Source: Nemertoderma westbladi
Lineage: Eukaryota > Animalia > Xenacoelomorpha
Direction: 5' to 3'
Assembly: GCA_032718475.1 (NCBI GenBank)
Contig: JAUCBJ010001804.1
Location: 1 to 64,000 of the forward strand
Length of the DNA: 64,000 nucleotides
Shown here: piece after piece, positions 60,001-64,000 of the stretch
Numbering within the stretch: position 1 is the first letter of the stretch
Layout: each line of letters opens with the position of its first letter
Made by a program: the position numbers and the translations under genes
The notes under the pieces: model-generated
The model's database searches: none
The model's input: only the letters and a program-made list of their open reading frames with translations
What the model was told of the DNA's origin: nothing

Positions 60001-63000
60001 TACTAAATGTGACTTGTCTTTTAATAGAAGGTTTAGCGGCATTACTAAAACCACCGGATGCTACAAACACATTGGATTTCACAGAGTTTCCTTCTGATTC
60101 AAAAGCTCTCCTTGGAATATCTTCTCGGGATCTCCAATAATTTTCCTCCCCTTTGTCCACCGGTTTTACTCGATTAGTGCGAAAACGTTCCTCACTGTAT
60201 ATGGGATCATTCATAATCTCAGCTTGATCTTCCAAAAATTGTGCAAGTTCAAACAGGTTATACCTACTCCTAATTGTCGCTGCAGTTTTCCTCCATTTTC
60301 CCCTGGCCCAATAAGGGAGAACCTCTACTAGCTGTCGCATATTATTAGGTGAATTAAGTTCATGCGGCATGCTTAATTCAGTAAGGGCCACCAATGTTTT
60401 ATTCACTTTATCAGAAAAATCTCTAAAATTATCTTTTGTTTTAATTTCATTATTATCAACAAGTCTATCGATAGTAGCCTGGACAATCAAACCCGGATTT
60501 CCATAACGCTTTTCTAAAACGCTCCATGCTAAAGAAAATTCGTCCGTCAGCCCAGCATACTGTCGAACGACTTGATGCGCCTTACCTTTGGTATAAGCCA
60601 AAAGATAATTCATCTTTCTGACCATGGAAATATTTTTATTTAATATTTCCTCGGTGTAAAGATGCCGAAACTGTATTTATTCTTCCGGCTCTTCACCGTC
60701 AAAGATAAAGGGTTCTATATTTGGAAGCTCCAGTTTCATTTTAAGGGCTTCCACTACAGCGTCAATTTGATTATGGCTTGGTTCATTTAAACTGACTACC
60801 GGTACATCATTTGGCCTACCTCTACCACCATTATTTGAGTTATCCCCGGATCCTTCTCCAGGATCCGAGGTTGAGGTTGAGGTTGACTACCGGTAGGCCT
60901 ATATATCGCAGTATTCACGGTACCGGTAGCATCGCTAGGCCTACCGCCCACATTTATCTTCCTATCCAGGCCTACACCAACCGGTACTTCATAACTGGTT
61001 CCCAAATGCCTACTGCTACTACTGTATTGGGGTACATACCTGCCCGATGGAATAAAAGTATCTGCTAAAGGGTTTCTTCCTAACAGTACCGGTACTTTAC
61101 TTGACTTAGCGCTTACCGGTACTGCTAGCCCCAGTTCTAATTTACTGCTTTCACCTTGGCCTACCACTGGTGCAGTTATTGGTACTATATTTTGGCAGGC
61201 CTACTTGTATCGTGATGTGCTACCGGTACCGGTACGTTACGCGAAAATCGATTTAAACACTGAGAATCATATTACTCAGCTTCAGATGATTGGGTTACTG
61301 GTACAGGTTCCTCACATTCACTATCCGCATCATCATATGTACTCAGGCCTACATGGTGACGGCTATGGTCATCTACAGTATAATACTATACGTTTTCATA
61401 ATTCCTATCGATACCTGATTTCTGATTAGGCTTACTTATTGTACTCTTTGGTCGCAATACAAAACCGTCACCGGAATTAGATCTTGGCCTAGCATTACTA
61501 GCACCCCTATCACAACCTTGCAGTTGGTTCTGTGTTTTGATTGGTTGATAAATATCTGCATTATGTAAAATATTTTCAACTTCACCCACCTCTTTATTTG
61601 GTGTAGTAAATGTCCTTGGATTAAATCCTACCGTACCTGGGGGATTCTCTGCTGTTATAGGGCTAATAATCTTAACTGATCTACATGTTTGTTTGTCGGG
61701 TTTGTGGTACATTGGCGTTTCACGGGTCAAGACACTGTCAATCTCTGGGATGCGGTTTACATAGGTTAATGTGTCCATAGTAACCATTTCCCTCGGTTGG
61801 GTTTGTTTACCACTACTAGTCTCGGATTGCAATTGGGATATATAATTTTCAGCATCTATTAATTTAATTTCTCTCGCTATTTTGTCACACTCATCTTGTT
61901 CATCACGCTCTCGTCGACGTTCCTTACGTTCCCATTCTATTTTATTTTCCCGATCTTTAAGGGCCTTTATTTTATCCTCTCTCTCTACCTGCTGCCTATA
62001 CCTAATTATCTCTGAGGAACGGGTAGATCCCACAGCAGACCTAAGCTTACTTCCCCCCAGATAATCCCCCTGGTTACTCACATCAATTTTTGATACCGAA
62101 TCTTCTGGATTCAAGAGAGGAATTTCGCCTTCGGCCGTTGCTAGGGGTTGTATCCCTTCCTCGTTTCCTACTAGGCCATTTTGGTTTTCCCCACCAGCGC
62201 TTGGAGAGGTACCTCTGCGGATCTCCTCCAGCTGGGTTTTAACCCTTGCTTGGATTTCCTGCGACCGCGATACCTCTCCACACACAACTAAATGCCTACA
62301 GTACCTATTAATAAAGTCATAATCCTCACCATTTTGCGCCGAGTCACTAGGAGTTACCATAGTTTGAATTCCAATGAACCTTCGTTCAGCCCTCTTGAAT
62401 CTTCGATGGAGTTCTGTTGGTTCCATAGTCTCCTCTAGCAGCACGTTGCCTCTGCGGGATGTTTTGGTCGCACATCTGGATCTGATGACACCCGCCCCTC
62501 CAGACTCTGTTGAAACGTCGAAGTTCCTTGTTGAACCGTTGTTACCCCCTGCCCCAATGAAGGGTTTAAGTCTCGCTCCGTGAGAAAACTTTCCCGTTCC
62601 ATTCGCGTCACTCATCGTCGTCACGCCTCGAATATTATTTCCTCCAGATTTCAACTCTTTTATTCTCTGTCACTTCTCCAAGCAGGTGAATTATTTCTGA
62701 CTTTTGTTGCGGAGAATCTTCCTAGCCACTTTTTACTTGGAGAAAAACACTTCCTGTACGAGCCCACACTTTATACAGTGTAATAACAGTTTATTGTAAT
62801 AATATGATACACACAGTTATCAAATAGAGACAATCACAGAATGCAATTATTAACGAGTGGGAGACACTCGTCAGAAATAGTGTTTCCACCATGGCTATTT
62901 CTCTATCTCCGCTCTCTGAGGGGAAAGAGTCAACACTGGGGCCATAATGGAAAAACTACTTTGTCTTATCAATTATCATCTCTGCCATTCCATGTGGCGC

Positions 63001-63039
63001 GGGCGGTGGCATTCTGTGATTGGCTCGCTCCTTCCTACA
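57094..63039 (-). mobile_element. Decayed BEL/Pao element D (short 5' LTR ~63039->62705, gag-PR-RT-RH pseudogene, integrase and 3' LTR missing)
   Basis: KMNYLLAYTKGKA, knuckles CRFCLSTGHIGRNC, TYALLDLGS, CYLPLH, DVEAMFHQV, FYVDD, RIYDPLG, HVFSDAS, PRLEL, NPADMLSRG, with multiple stops and frameshifts. The LTR start is uncertain. Confidence 0.85.
62692..62701 (-). promoter_or_regulatory. Non-tRNA primer-binding-site-like sequence of element D (GTCAGAAATA)
   Basis: Lies 3 nt after ...GCAACA and is a perfect reverse complement of 62870-62879 inside the putative LTR. Confidence 0.55.
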
Positions 63040-63419
63040 TTACAAACCCATCACCATTAACCAAATAATAACATCCCTAGTACTAGTTGGGAGATTGCCA
63101 AGATGCCCTTACTTCGATTTCCTACTTATATTATTATTAATATTGAATCTAAAGTCGTTATATTGAATGGGGCGAGCCTTAAGGTGCTTTACAACGTTTT
63201 GAGGGAGGATAAAATTACTTTGTTGTATATGTATATATCATCATTTCTTTCGTTACATATCTACTAATAGGAAATAGGCATATTACATTACTACAAATCA
63301 AGTCAAAAGTACGTAGGATTTAGAATGTTTTTTACGTGGTACTGTAAATTGCTACTTAACAGTGAAATAATCCAACAAAGACGGCAGACAAGCGCACCAA
63401 ATTTGCTCTTAAGGCAAAG

Positions 63420-64000
63420 ATGCAACAACAACAATATCTGGCAAATTTGAGGTATCAAAAACACCAATTTAATAAACTCCAGTCAGTCGGAAAAAGTTCA
63501 ATACGAACAAGTCAAGATGCTATTAGAAGAGCGACGTCACGGGTAGACAAGAATCTTCCAGGTTGTAAAGCTATGACGAGGGTGATATTTCAACTCAGCA
63601 AACGAAATTATTCAGCCAGTGACGATGAGTGTAACAATGAAGATGGCAATTTCGGTGGTAATGGCGGTTGTCTCTCTCTTTATGTTAAACGTAAAGCATT
63701 TGAATTTTATTGTCTGGATGAGATTAGCAGTTGGAGGAGAGATTTCAAAATTCTACGTCAGGGCGAAAGAAGATCATAAAACAGAAACGATACCTCCATT
63801 ACATAGTCTTGGAAACCTATGCACTTTTAAAAAAAGATAATCCAGATTTGAAGATTGGTAAGTATAAATTTGCAGACCTCCGTCCATGGTATGTGTTACC
63901 AATGTCTGAGACCAAACATATTGTTTGTTTGTGCCTTTATCATGAAAATTACAATTATAAAATTAAAGCAATTTCCAAGTTTTGTGATATACCACTAAGC
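63420..64000 (+). pseudogene. Degraded DNA transposase, possibly Sola2-like
   Basis: EFYCLDEISS followed, across frameshifts, by KFADLRPWYV...HIVCLCLYHEN. This motif order is recalled from Sola2-type transposases and was not verified by search. Confidence 0.45.

Overview
AT-rich eukaryotic (metazoan-like) DNA that is almost entirely transposable elements, with one clear host gene: intronless TMEM222 at 11695-12249 (+). The centre is a nested cluster. A solo LTR (26679-49526, TSD ACTAC) holds a 21-kb BEL/Pao LTR retrotransposon (element B, 27168-48103, TSD GTAGG, near-identical 1.9-kb LTRs with TATA ends). Its 3' LTR holds a P/THAP DNA transposon (43800-47804, 8-bp TSD). Three more LTR elements lie on the minus strand (A at 1-3888, C at about 50.7-56.3 kb, D at about 57.1-63.0 kb), along with RTE-like LINE fragments and several MITEs. 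The most notable observation is that three different LTR elements (A, B, D) lack a tRNA-type PBS. Each instead has a GT-starting 10-13 nt segment just after the 5' LTR that is perfectly complementary to a site inside its own LTR, which suggests tRNA-independent self-priming. Element B also carries a triple zinc-knuckle ORF in the env position, conserved splice signals, a dispersed 17-nt hairpin motif, and a tRNA-like A/B-box module in its LTR. All calls were made by eye without database searches, and boundaries marked approximate may be off by tens of bases.
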